Shown piece by piece: positions 22,489 through 32,190 of a stretch of 64,000 nucleotides of DNA (position 1 is the stretch's first letter; every line of letters begins with the position of its first letter). This DNA comes from an uncultured delta proteobacterium (GTDB taxonomy: Bacteria > Desulfobacterota > Binatia > Binatales > Binataceae). Location: the NCBI GenBank assembly GCA_963794325.1, contig CAWCDG010000004.1, forward strand, positions 448,001 to 512,000. Reading direction: 5' to 3'. The position numbers and the translations under genes are program-made. The notes below the pieces were generated by a model. It saw only the letters and a program-made list of their open reading frames with translations. It made no database searches and had not been told where the DNA came from.

Positions 22489-24174
22489 CTAACGCGATGC
22501 CGCCGTCTTCTGATCCGCCACCGACGCCGGCAGCTCTACATCCGCATGCACCCACGCCTTCTTCAGTCGCGCATCGACGCTTGCCGCCTCGTCCGACGCG
22601 TTGCGCGCGCGAAGGCATAGCTCAAGTCCGTTGAGCGACCATCCATTTTCAGGATACTGCTTCAGATCGTCGCGAAAGACCTGCTCCGCATCGGCGGTCT
22701 TGCCGTCAGCGAGCAATTCCATGCCCAACGTTTCACGCACCGGGTAATACCAGGCCGGCGGCTCTTCGTAGTTGAGCGCGTCCTGAATCGCGACGGCGTT
22801 TTTCAGATTCTTGATCGCATCGTCATGGCGGCCTTGCGCGGAATCGATCTCGCCGCCGAGCGTCTCCGATGCGATCGAGAGCAATCGATTCGCCGGATTG
22901 AATCCCACTACTCGGTCGCTCGGCGTCGACGCGGCGATCGCATCGAGTTTCTTTTTTTCAGCGAGCGCATCGTCGGGCCGATTCTTCGCGGCAAACGCGA
23001 GGCCGCGCGCGTAATGCCAGATTCCGGCAGTGAAATTCAGGTCCGCCGGCGGCGCATGTTCTTTGAGGATCGCGTCCCACTTGCTGAAGCGTGCTTCGGT
23101 GAAATATCGCGACGGCGTGACACCTTCCGCCATCGGCATCTGGCGGACCGTCTCGAGCGGCACCGCGGCGTCGAGTTCGCGCGCCACTTTGAACGCGCCG
23201 CGGCTGTTGCCCTCCATCATGTACGACGCCCACAGAAATTGAATGTTGTGCGGGACGTACATCAGCGGGTAGATGCCTTTGGGGCTGCGCTCGCGCAGAT
23301 AGACCTTGTCGGCCTTGATTGCCGCTTCGTTGGCCGCGGCGGACGCGTCGTAATCACCGGTGCGAAAGTAGATATGCGACGGCATATGCACGATATGGCC
23401 GGCCGCGGGCGCCAGCTTTGGGAGCCGCTGAGCGCTTGCCAGCGCACGCTCCGGATCGGGCGACGCCTCGACCGTGTGGATATAATAGTGATTGGCCCCG
23501 AGATGGTCGGGATAATTCGCCATCACGCCCTCGAGCGTCGCGACAATCTCCGGGGTCCCGTCAACCGGCTTGCCGTCGAGCGTCCAGAGACCCCACGGAT
23601 GCAAATCCATCATCGACTCGGCGAACAGCGCGCCGGCGTCCGGGTCGTCGGGATTGTCATGCGCAACTTTGCGCATCGCATTCGCATAAGCGAGTTGCTG
23701 GGCGTCGGTCATCTTGCCGTCGGGCGCGTAGCGATTGGCGAGCGCGTCGATATATTCGCGCTCGGGCGCGCTGGCATTCGCTTCGAGTGATTTGGCCTTG
23801 ATGATTGCGGCGTAAGCCGCTTTGCCGCGTTCGGTGTCCTCGGGCTGATTGATATTCGGTCCGAGCGAAAGTGCGATTCCCCAATAAGCCATCGCAAGAT
23901 TCGGATCGTACTGCGCGGCCTGCCTGAACGAATTAGCCGCCTCGTCGTGATTGAAAGCATAAACCAGGGTCAGCCCCTGATCGAAAAACCGTTGCGCAAG
24001 CACGGAATTAGTTTTGGTAGTAACCGGATGATGCAGGCCGCCAAGCCCGTCAAAGATCGGCTCCCGCTCCGAATCAACGGAAGCCTGCAAATCGCTATTG
24101 TCGGCCCGAGCAGATTTGGCTAACGCGGAACAAACCAGGATGGCGGCGGCCGCCAAAAAAACGCGTCGCTTCAT
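22489..24174 (-). CDS. Exported TPR-repeat protein
   Basis: SD GGAGGTG, signal peptide MKRRVF...ARA, AQ.FFDQGL..Y.FNH.EA, HYYIH..E and H..HMPSHIY. Confidence 0.85.
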   Translation of the reverse strand: MKRRVFLAAAAILVCSALAKSARADNSDLQASVDSEREPIFDGLGGLHHPVTTKTNSVLAQRFFDQGLTLVYAFNHDEAANSFRQAAQYDPNLAMAYWGIALSLGPNINQPEDTERGKAAYAAIIKAKSLEANASAPEREYIDALANRYAPDGKMTDAQQLAYANAMRKVAHDNPDDPDAGALFAESMMDLHPWGLWTLDGKPVDGTPEIVATLEGVMANYPDHLGANHYYIHTVEASPDPERALASAQRLPKLAPAAGHIVHMPSHIYFRTGDYDASAAANEAAIKADKVYLRERSPKGIYPLMYVPHNIQFLWASYMMEGNSRGAFKVARELDAAVPLETVRQMPMAEGVTPSRYFTEARFSKWDAILKEHAPPADLNFTAGIWHYARGLAFAAKNRPDDALAEKKKLDAIAASTPSDRVVGFNPANRLLSIASETLGGEIDSAQGRHDDAIKNLKNAVAIQDALNYEEPPAWYYPVRETLGMELLADGKTADAEQVFRDDLKQYPENGWSLNGLELCLRARNASDEAASVDARLKKAWVHADVELPASVADQKTAASR

Positions 24175-24240
24175 CGTCACCTCCATCGCATTGTGGTAAC
24201 ACGCGCGCCGCAAGCCGCAAAGATGGCGCAGGCCGCTATC

Positions 24241-24284
24241 CGCGATTGTCCCCCTTCCCTCGAGGGAAGGGGTCAGGGGTTAGG
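24241..24284 (+). repeat. G-tract hairpin REP-like element, copy 2
   Basis: CGCGATTGT-CCCCCTTCCCTCGAGGGAAGGGG-TCAGGGGTTAGG. Confidence 0.9.
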
Positions 24285-24310
24285 TTGTCGGGCTCGCGGA
24301 AGCCCCTGAT

Positions 24311-24988
24311 TCACCAAATCAATGGCACCAGGCGATGCCTCACTTTCCTCTGATACTCGCAGTATCCCGCCAGATTTTTCGCCAGGAATTTCTCTTCATC
24401 GAGAAGCCGCAACACCAGCACGACCACCATCGGAACAATCGCGATCAATCCCCAATACGAGCCGAGCGCGAGCGGTACTCCCACCAGCATCACCAGCGCG
24501 CCGATATACATCGGATGACGCACGAGCGCGTACGGCCCGGTCGTGACCACCTTCTGCTCGGCGCCGATTTCAATCGTTCCAGAGGCAAAGGTGTTTTCCT
24601 TGAACACGAGAAATACAAGGTAGAATCCGACTACGATCAGGATATCGCCGAGCGCGATCAAAGACGGCGGCACCGTTGACCACGAGAAACGATGATCGAG
24701 TGCGGAGACCACAAACAGCCCGATGAATGCCAGCGCGGCGAAGGCCTGGATGATGTTCTGGCTCCGCTCCTGCTCGGCACCCACGCCCGCTTTAACCCGC
24801 CGCTCGAGGAGTTTCGGATCATTTTTCATCAGATAGAGAGTGACCGCGAGCGTGCACGCGAAAAAAATCGCGACCATAACCCACGCCTGCCAGTAATCAA
24901 GCGTCCACGAGGGCAGGAAAATCGTCAGCCCGAGCATCATTAGAAGCTGGAGCATTCCAGCGAAGGCCTTGATGTTCAGTTGGCTCAT
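24311..24988 (-). CDS. Isoprenylcysteine carboxylmethyltransferase (Ste14/PEMT) family membrane protein
   Basis: EN.FAS..I, TGPY..VRHPMY.G, EEK.L...L.GY.EY..KVR.RL.P.IW. Confidence 0.9.
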   Translation of the reverse strand: MSQLNIKAFAGMLQLLMMLGLTIFLPSWTLDYWQAWVMVAIFFACTLAVTLYLMKNDPKLLERRVKAGVGAEQERSQNIIQAFAALAFIGLFVVSALDHRFSWSTVPPSLIALGDILIVVGFYLVFLVFKENTFASGTIEIGAEQKVVTTGPYALVRHPMYIGALVMLVGVPLALGSYWGLIAIVPMVVVLVLRLLDEEKFLAKNLAGYCEYQRKVRHRLVPLIW

Positions 24989-24991
24989 CGT

Positions 24992-25525
24992 TCACGCCAC
25001 ATGGCTTCTTTTTGAACGCGCGGATAGAGTCGCGCGCTTCGAATTGGCAACGCCGAGCTCAGCTTTGCGCGCGCGCCACCGCTCCAGCATCGCCGTCAGC
25101 TCGGTCTGGATGAATTCGAAAAACGCGAGCGTCTCGGCGATTCGCGCGCCCGCTGCCGTGTCGCGTCCCACCACCTCGATTCCCTCGCGCAGGCTGCGCT
25201 CGCATCGATCGAGCACCTGGTCCTTGCGCGCGATCGCCTCGTACCAGATCTCGTTGTGCACGCGGTAGTGCTCGCGCCGCGACCCGGGCTCCGCCTCGCG
25301 GCTGGCCAGGTTGACCTGAACAAGATAACTGACCGCGCCGGAAATCGCCGCCGCGCTGACATGCAGCAGCGCCGCCAATTCAGCCGCCGTAAGCCGCCCC
25401 GAATCGGTCGCCAGCAGCGCGGCAAACACCCGCGCCGGCATCCTCGGAAACCCCGACTCAGTCAGCACCGAGGCGAACCGCTCGATAAATCCCGAACGGG
25501 TCTTGTCGCGATTAGGAACTTTCAT
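24992..25525 (-). CDS. GbsR/MarR-family transcriptional regulator
   Basis: G.PRMPARVFAALL, LTAAELA..L.VS.AAISGAV.YL, PGSRR. Confidence 0.88.
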   Translation of the reverse strand: MKVPNRDKTRSGFIERFASVLTESGFPRMPARVFAALLATDSGRLTAAELAALLHVSAAAISGAVSYLVQVNLASREAEPGSRREHYRVHNEIWYEAIARKDQVLDRCERSLREGIEVVGRDTAAGARIAETLAFFEFIQTELTAMLERWRARKAELGVANSKRATLSARSKRSHVA

Positions 25526-25563
25526 AATATCATGAACATACTGTGGATTAAGAATTCTGTCAA
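25521..25563 (-). promoter_or_regulatory. Sigma70 promoter and putative operator of the GbsR-family gene
   Basis: Minus strand TTGACA-17 nt-TATGTT, 9 nt before ATG; palindrome TTCAT-N6-ATGAA overlaps the start. Confidence 0.65.
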
Positions 25564-25588
25564 CCGAAGTGTTCTAGGAAAGAGCCGG

Positions 25589-25614
25589 GGTTCTTCGCTT
25601 CGCTCTGAATGACA
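25589..25614 (-). repeat. TGTCA-tagged REP-like remnant
   Basis: Reverse complement TGTCATTCAGAGCGAAGCGAAGAA resembles TGTCA/CGTC-type palindromic repeats. Confidence 0.45.
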
Positions 25615-25752
25615 CAAAGACGGAACTACGCAAAAAGCGAGCGCGCGAGCTTTTGTGATGTGGCCCAGCACCCTCACCTACCGACGGCTGCGCCGCCGGC
25701 TTCCTCTCCCGTAAAGTAACGGGCGAAGTAAGATTCGGACGCCTCCTCCCTT

Positions 25753-25856
25753 AACCCTTCTAACAGGGACAAAGTCCCGCATCCTCTCTTAACACTGGGT
25801 GCAGGGGGTCACCCCTGCCCAAGGAAGCGTGAAACCCAGGCGGGTTTCACATTAGA
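25753..25856. repeat. Three-hairpin dispersed repeat, copy B
   Basis: Inverted near-copy of 2036-2137. Confidence 0.9.
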
Positions 25857-25925
25857 TGAAGTGACTTGCTCTTCCCTACGTATCTCGCGCGCGGCAAGAT
25901 TGACGATGCGGCGCGGCCGCTCGCG

Positions 25926-27902
25926 ATGAACCCAGACACGCAATCCAATTCCTCGGACCTCACTCCCGGCTTCGGCGGACTGCGGGTCGTCGCCTTCGAG
26001 AGCCGGATGGCATCCGAAGTCGCCACGATGATCGAACGTCGCGGCGGCGTCGCGATTGTCGCGCCCGCGATGCGCGAGGTTCCCCTCGACGACAATCACG
26101 CCGCGCTGGACTTTGCGCAGCGTCTGCTCGCCAACGAAAGCGAGTTCGACGTGGTCATCTTCATGACCGGCGTCGGCACGCGCGCGTTGTTCGCCGCGAT
26201 GGAGACGCGGCATCAGCGACTCGACGCTCGTCGTCGGCGCTAAGCTCGATCGTAAGCGTGGCGCGCGGACCTAAACCGATTCGCGCGATGCGGGATCTCG
26301 GCTTCGAACCGTCAATCGTCGTGCCAGAGCCGAATACCTGGCGCGAAGTGATGAGCGCGCTGGCGGCGCAGCTCAATCTCAAGGGCAAGCGCGTCGCGAT
26401 CCAGGAATACGGAGTCTCAAATCACGAACTGACCGCCGGGCTCGAAGCGCGCGGGGCCCGCGTCACGATAGTCCCGGTCTATAGATGGACGCTGCCGGCC
26501 GATCGCGCGCCGCTGCACGCGGCGTTGAACGCGATCGCCGATGGCGCCGCGGACGTCGCGATTTTCACCAGCTCGAACCAGGTCACCAACGTCATCCAGC
26601 TCGCAGAGGCCGAAGGAATCGGCGACAGCGTCAAGCGCGGATTCGCGCGGATGGCGGTCGGCTCGATCGGCCCGGTCTGTTCGGAGCAGATTCGCGCGTA
26701 CGGGCTGAGCGTGGACTTCGAGCCCGAGCATTCGAAGCTCGGTCATCTGGTCAAAGAGGCGGCGGCGCAAGCTGCCTCGATTCTAATCGCCAAGCGCGCG
26801 AATGCCGATCGTATCGAAGCGGTAGCGTCGCCAAATCCGCGCCCCGCCGCATCCTCGAACGCGCCGCGATCCCCGCTCGCCGATCATCCGATGATGAAAG
26901 CGTGCCGGCGCGAGCCGGCCCCGTACACTCCGATTTGGCTGATGCGACAGGCGGGCCGCTACATGCCGGAGTATCGGCGCGTTCGCGAGCAGCACGATTT
27001 TCTCGACCTGTGCAAGCGCCCTGAGCTGTCCGCCGAAATCACCGTCACCGCGGCTGAGCGGCTCAAGGTGGATGCGGCGATCATTTTCGCGGACATACTG
27101 CTGCCGCTCATCCCGATGGAAGTCGGGTTGCATTTCGAAAAAGGCGACGGGCCGGTGATCGATCGCCCAATTCGCACCGAGGCCGACCTCGAGCGGATTC
27201 CCGACGTTGATGTGTCCGCGCTCGGCTTTCGTCGGCGACGCGATCAGGCTGGTCCATCGCGCAATCGGTGCGACGACTCCGCTGATCGGATTCGCCGGCG
27301 CGCCGTTCACGCTCGCGTCGTATCTGATCGAGGGCGGCTCGTCGCGACAATATCAAGCCACCAAAACTTTCATGTACACGCAGCCCGAAACGTGGCATCG
27401 CCTGATGGAGCTGCTCGCGCGCATCACTGCTGACTATCTGAAGATGCAAATCGCGGCGGGCGCCGACATCATCCAGATTTTCGACAGTTGGGTCGGCAGC
27501 CTCGGCCCCGACGACTACCGGCGCTTCGTGCTGCCGCACACCGCGTCGGTGATCGCGGCGATTCCCGCCGACGTGCCGGTGATTCATTTCGGCACCGTGA
27601 CCGGCAACCTGCTCGAGCTGATTCGCGAGGCTGGCGGTGACGTTATCGGTCTCGACTGGCGCGTCGATCTCGCGGAAGCGTGGGCACGCCTCAACTACAG
27701 CGTCGCGGTGCAGGGCAATCTCGATCCAATCGCGCTGTTCGCCGGCGTTCCTGAAATTCGCGCGCGCGCCCGTGCGATTCTCGATCAGGCCGGCGGACGT
27801 CCCGGCCACATTTTCAATCTCGGCCACGGAATCCTTCCCGAGACGCCGGTCGATCACGCGATCGCGCTGGTCGACGCGGTTCACGAGATGAGCGCGCGCT
27901 GA
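25926..27902 (+). CDS. hemE: Fused uroporphyrinogen-III synthase / uroporphyrinogen decarboxylase (HemD-HemE), with two frameshifts (~26215, ~27228)
   Basis: HemD part ESRM..E, F.TGVG, RGPKP and PVY.W runs in one frame into HemE WLMRQAGRYMPEY and AAIIFADI. The last frame has LIGFAGAPFTLASY, QIFDSW, QGNLDP and FNLGHG. Confidence 0.88.
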
Positions 27903-27906
27903 CCTG

Positions 27907-28830
27907 ATGGCCGCGAAGGCAAAGTGCGACGCGGTTCTTATGATCGGATTCGGCGGACCGACACGCACCGACGAAGTACGTCCGTTCCTCGACAACGTGC
28001 TGCGCGGACGGCCAATTCCGCGCGAGCGCTACGAGGAAGTCGTGCATCATTACGATCGCCTCGGCGGGCGCTCGCCGTACAATGATCTCACGATGCGACA
28101 GGCCGCCGCTCTGCGCGCCGAGCTCGAAAAAAAAGGCGTGCAGGTGCCGGTCGCAGTCGGAATGCGCAACTGGAAACCGTATATCGCCGACTCGATGCGA
28201 ACGCTCGCCGACGCTGGCGCGCGCCGCGTGCTCGGCTTCATCATGGCGGCGCATCGCAGCGAGGCGAGCTTCGAGCGCTACCAGGCGACCGTCAACGATG
28301 CGCTCGCTGAGCTGGGCGGTACCGCGCCCGAGGTCGTGTATCCCCAGCCGTGGCACGACCATCCGCTGTTCGTGACTGCCGTGGCGTCGCGCGCGCGTGA
28401 GGCGCTCAGCCGACTGGAACCTCCGGAGCGATCTCGCGCGCGGCTAATTTTCACCGCGCACAGCATTCCCGTCGCGATGGCGGATGCGGGGCCGTACGTC
28501 GATCAGCTCACGCAATCGGCGCGGATAGTTGCGGCGGATCTCGGAATCGACACGTGGCAATTCGCGTATCAGAGCCGCAGCGGCAACCCGCGCGACGCAT
28601 GGCTCGAACCCGATATCAAGGACACGCTGCGCAGCCTCGACGCGAAGACTGCGGTCGTCGTGCCGATCGGTTTTTTGTGCGATCACGTCGAGGTGCTGTA
28701 CGATCTCGATATCGAAGCGGCGCAAGTCGCGCGCGACGCCGGGATCAGGATGGAACGCGCGCCGACGGTCGGCGACCATCCGCTGTTCATCGAGATGATG
28801 GCCTCGATCGTCGCGGCGCACGCGCGTTGA
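27907..28830 (+). CDS. hemH: Ferrochelatase
   Basis: FGGP...EV.PFL, HY..LGG.SP, FTAHSIP, YQSRSG, WLEPD, GF.CDH.EVLYDLD. Confidence 0.95.
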   Translation: MAAKAKCDAVLMIGFGGPTRTDEVRPFLDNVLRGRPIPRERYEEVVHHYDRLGGRSPYNDLTMRQAAALRAELEKKGVQVPVAVGMRNWKPYIADSMRTLADAGARRVLGFIMAAHRSEASFERYQATVNDALAELGGTAPEVVYPQPWHDHPLFVTAVASRAREALSRLEPPERSRARLIFTAHSIPVAMADAGPYVDQLTQSARIVAADLGIDTWQFAYQSRSGNPRDAWLEPDIKDTLRSLDAKTAVVVPIGFLCDHVEVLYDLDIEAAQVARDAGIRMERAPTVGDHPLFIEMMASIVAAHAR

Positions 28831-30296
28831 TTGACCACGAGGGAGGCTTCCATACGAGCACCGACCCACAAATCAAGCGGGTTGCGGTAATCGGCGGCGG
28901 AATCACCGGCCTCGCGGCCGCTTATCGGCTTCGCGAGTTGGCGGCGGCGCGCGAGTTCCCGCTCGAGGTGCAATTGCTCGAGCGCGGCACACGATGCGGC
29001 GGCGCGCTCGAAACGATTCGGCGCGACGGATTTGTAATCGAGACCGGCGCCGATTCGTTTCTTTCAGAGAAACCTGCCTGCGCCGAGCTGGCGGCAAGAC
29101 TTGGCCTCGGCGCGGAGCTGATTCCGACGCGCGAGATTTATCGCAAGACGTACGTGGTGCGTGCGGGTCGGCTGGTCGAGATTCCCGCGGGATTTTCACT
29201 GCTCGCGCCCGCGCATCTCGGTCCGGTTTTTCGAAGCTCGCTTTTCTCACCGCTCGGAAAATTACGGATCGCGATCGAACCATTCATAGCGGCGCGCACC
29301 AGCGAGGACGACGAGAGTCTCGATTCGTTCGTGACGCGGCGGCTGGGTCGCGAGGTGCTTGAGCGCATCGCGCAGGCGCTTGCTGGCGGTATCTACACCG
29401 CTGATCCTGAACGACTCAGCATGGCGGCGACGATGCCGCGCTTCGTCGAGATGGAACGGCGCCACGGCAGCGTCGTCAAGGGAATGCGCGCGGCGGAGAA
29501 GGCGCGCGCCGCGAAAAGTTCGGACGTGAGCGGCGCGCGCTGGAGTCTGTTCCAGAGTTTCAGAAATGGAATGGCGACGCTGCCGGAGGCGCTCGCGTCG
29601 CGGCTGGGCAATTCGATTCGCAAGGGCGCGGAAGTTATCGGGATGTCGCGAAACGGGAACGCGTGGCGGCTCGCACTCGCTGGCGGCGATTCGATCGATG
29701 CGGACGGCGTAATCTGTGCGGCGCCTGCGTACGCGGCCTCGCGCATCGTCGCGACGATCGCGGCGCCGGCGGCAAAGTTGCTCGGCGAGATCAGCTATGC
29801 CACCGCGGCGACGGTCAACCTGACGTTTCGCGAGAGTGACTTCGACGGGCCGCCGCGCGCATTTGGCTTCGTCGTCCCGTCAATCGAGCATCGGCGAATA
29901 ATCGCCGGCAACTTCTCGAGCTTCAAGTTCGAGGGACGTGCACCGGCCGGCGCAATCCTGGCGCGCGCGTTCGTCGGCGGCGAAATGAGCCGCGAGATGA
30001 TGACTCTCAGCGACGCTGAGATGATCGCCGCGGTGCGCGACGAGTTCCGCGCGCTGCTTGGAGTCAACGCGGCGCCCGGATTCGCGGAAGTGAGACGATG
30101 GCCTGATTCGATGCCGCAGTACGAGGTCGGGCATCTCACGCGGGTCGGGGAGATCGAGCGGGCCGTCGCGGAGATCCCCGCATTCGCGATCGCGGGCGCC
30201 GCCTATCGTGGCGTTGGAATTCCCGATTGCATCCGAAGCGGCGAAGATGCGGCAGATGCGATCTTCGCGAAACTCTCGACAACGAAAACGAAATGA
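28827..30296 (+). CDS. hemY: Protoporphyrinogen/coproporphyrinogen oxidase (HemY type); start uncertain (TTG 28827 or ACG 28854)
   Basis: VIGGGITGL.AA, E.GADSF, GIY.AD...LS, W..SMPQY.VGH, G.G.PDC. Confidence 0.92.
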   Translation: MIDHEGGFHTSTDPQIKRVAVIGGGITGLAAAYRLRELAAAREFPLEVQLLERGTRCGGALETIRRDGFVIETGADSFLSEKPACAELAARLGLGAELIPTREIYRKTYVVRAGRLVEIPAGFSLLAPAHLGPVFRSSLFSPLGKLRIAIEPFIAARTSEDDESLDSFVTRRLGREVLERIAQALAGGIYTADPERLSMAATMPRFVEMERRHGSVVKGMRAAEKARAAKSSDVSGARWSLFQSFRNGMATLPEALASRLGNSIRKGAEVIGMSRNGNAWRLALAGGDSIDADGVICAAPAYAASRIVATIAAPAAKLLGEISYATAATVNLTFRESDFDGPPRAFGFVVPSIEHRRIIAGNFSSFKFEGRAPAGAILARAFVGGEMSREMMTLSDAEMIAAVRDEFRALLGVNAAPGFAEVRRWPDSMPQYEVGHLTRVGEIERAVAEIPAFAIAGAAYRGVGIPDCIRSGEDAADAIFAKLSTTKTK

Positions 30297-31544
30297 GCAT
30301 CGAGGCTTCCAACGGCGGCAGCACGTCGCATTGGCCGCGCGTGATCGCGCACGCCGACATGGACGCGTTCTATGCGTCGGTCGAAATCCTCGACAATCCT
30401 GCGCTGCGCGGGCTCCCGGTGATCGTTGGCGGGCGCAGCGCGCGCGGCGTCGTCACCTCGGCGTCGTACGAGGCGCGCAAATTCGGAGTGCGATCCGCGA
30501 TGCCGACCGGGCAGGCGCGCAAGCTGTGTCCGCAGGCGATTTTCGTGCCGGGCCGGATGGGCCGCTACGTGGAAATCTCGCGAGTCGTCATGCGCGTGTT
30601 CGAGACTTTCAGCCCGGTGGTCGAACCGCTCTCGCTCGACGAAGCGTTCATCGATCTGACCGGCACGGAGCGTTTGCTCGGACCACCGATCGACGCCGCG
30701 CGCGATCTCAAGCGCCGCGTGCTCGAGGAAACCGGGCTGGTCGTATCGGTGGGCGTAGCGCCGACCAAGATGGCGGCGAAGATTTTGAGCGACATGTCGA
30801 AGCCCGATGGATTGCTTTCGGTAGCCCCGGAAAAATTGCTCGAACTTCTAACGCCACTGCCGGTCGAAAGGCTGTGGGGCGTCGGGCGTGTGACGCTCGC
30901 GCGGATGCATGAATGCGGGATCAAGACGGTCGGCGATCTTGCGCGGCGCGACCCGGCCGAGTTGAAGAGCCTGTTCGGCTCGATGGGACCGCATCTGCAT
31001 GAGCTGGCATCGGGCAACGACACCCGGCCAGTAATCGCCGATTGGCAGCGCAAGTCGTACGGCGAGGAGAATACTTTCGCGCACGACCTCGCGCAGGACT
31101 CGATCGAATTGCGACGAGTGCTGATCGCGCATGGCGACGCGATCGCCCGGCGTCTTCGCGCCGACGGAGTGCGCGCCCGGACGATTACGCTCAAGCTCAA
31201 ACTGGCGCGTCCACTCGGCGGCGGGCGCTATCCATTGATCACGCGCAGTTTTTCACTCGACGGATCGACCAATGACGGCCCGGAAATCTCGCGGGTCGCA
31301 ACCCAGTTGCTGTCCAAGGTCGGCGGGAGTGAGAAGATTCGCCTCGCCGGCGTGCAGGTGCATCAACTCGAGCGCGCGGATACATCGCAGCTCGGGCTGT
31401 TCGAATCAGCGCCGGTCGAGGATCGCAAACGCGACAGGTCTGAACCGTGCGCTCGACTCCGTGGCGAAGAAGTTTGGCGACGAGGCCGTGACGCGCGGAC
31501 TGGCGAAAGCGGAACGCGCCGCTCCGTCGCGACGTATCAAATAA
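30293..31544 (+). CDS. dinB: DNA polymerase IV (Y family), frameshift near 31435
   Basis: HADMDAFYASVE, SYEARKFGVRSAM, SLDEAF, KPDG; C-terminal LNRALDSV.KKFG..AV.RG lies in a shifted frame. Confidence 0.93.
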
Positions 31545-31588
31545 CCTAACCCCTAACCCCTTCCCTCGAGGGAAGGGGAACAATCGCG
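31543..31588 (-). repeat. G-tract hairpin REP-like element, copy 3
   Basis: CCTAACCCCTAACCCCTTCCCTCGAGGGAAGGGGAACAATCGCG, the reverse complement of the copy 2/4 type. Confidence 0.9.
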
Positions 31589-31622
31589 ATAGAAATAAGC
31601 ATCCGCGCCTTGCAAAGATTGC

Positions 31623-31636
31623 TTAACTATAGTTAA
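31623..31636. promoter_or_regulatory. Putative MarR operator
   Basis: Perfect 14-bp palindrome TTAACTATAGTTAA between TTGCAA and the marR start. Confidence 0.6.
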
Positions 31637-31647
31637 TATCTTGCCTG

Positions 31648-32130
31648 ATGCAAGCAGTCGGGAGACAGGGAAACGATCCGATTTTTCGCGCGATCGAGGC
31701 TATGACCGCGCTGGCTGAAATCTTCGGGCGGCGGCGCGAGGTGTTGGCGCGCGACGCCGGTATCACGATCGAGCAATGGCGCGTGCTCGAGGAAATCTCG
31801 ACCGAGCATTTTATTCCGTCGATGTTTGCGCGCAGCCGCGACAGCTCGGCGGCGGCGGTGTCGAAAATATTGCGGCAACTGCTCGACGCTGGACTGGTCA
31901 CGGCCGCGATTGGACGCGCCGACCGCAGGAATAGAAGTTACAAGCTGACCGCCAAGGGCGCGCGCACTCTCGCTGAGCTGCGCGCGTCGCGGCAGGCGGC
32001 GATCCAGGCTATCTGGACCGGATTTTCGCGCGACGAACTGGCCTCGTTCAGCACGTTCGCGAGCAAGCTGTCCGACCGGATCGAACGCTATTCGCGCGGC
32101 AAGAATGGACGGCGCGCAGCCGCCGTTTGA
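31648..32130 (+). CDS. MarR-family transcriptional regulator
   Basis: GIT.EQW.VL, AAVSKILRQL...GLV, DRR....LT.KG. Confidence 0.9.
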   Translation: MQAVGRQGNDPIFRAIEAMTALAEIFGRRREVLARDAGITIEQWRVLEEISTEHFIPSMFARSRDSSAAAVSKILRQLLDAGLVTAAIGRADRRNRSYKLTAKGARTLAELRASRQAAIQAIWTGFSRDELASFSTFASKLSDRIERYSRGKNGRRAAAV

Positions 32131-32190
32131 TGAATCGAAATTTCGCAATAAAATCGTTACGCCGCCGATGCGGCGGGAGTTGAAAACGCA

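Noticed and set aside
26200-27240. Programmed frameshifting in hemD-hemE
   Set aside because: There is no slippery heptamer or stimulatory structure, the shifts fall mid-domain, and similar indels are scattered across the window.
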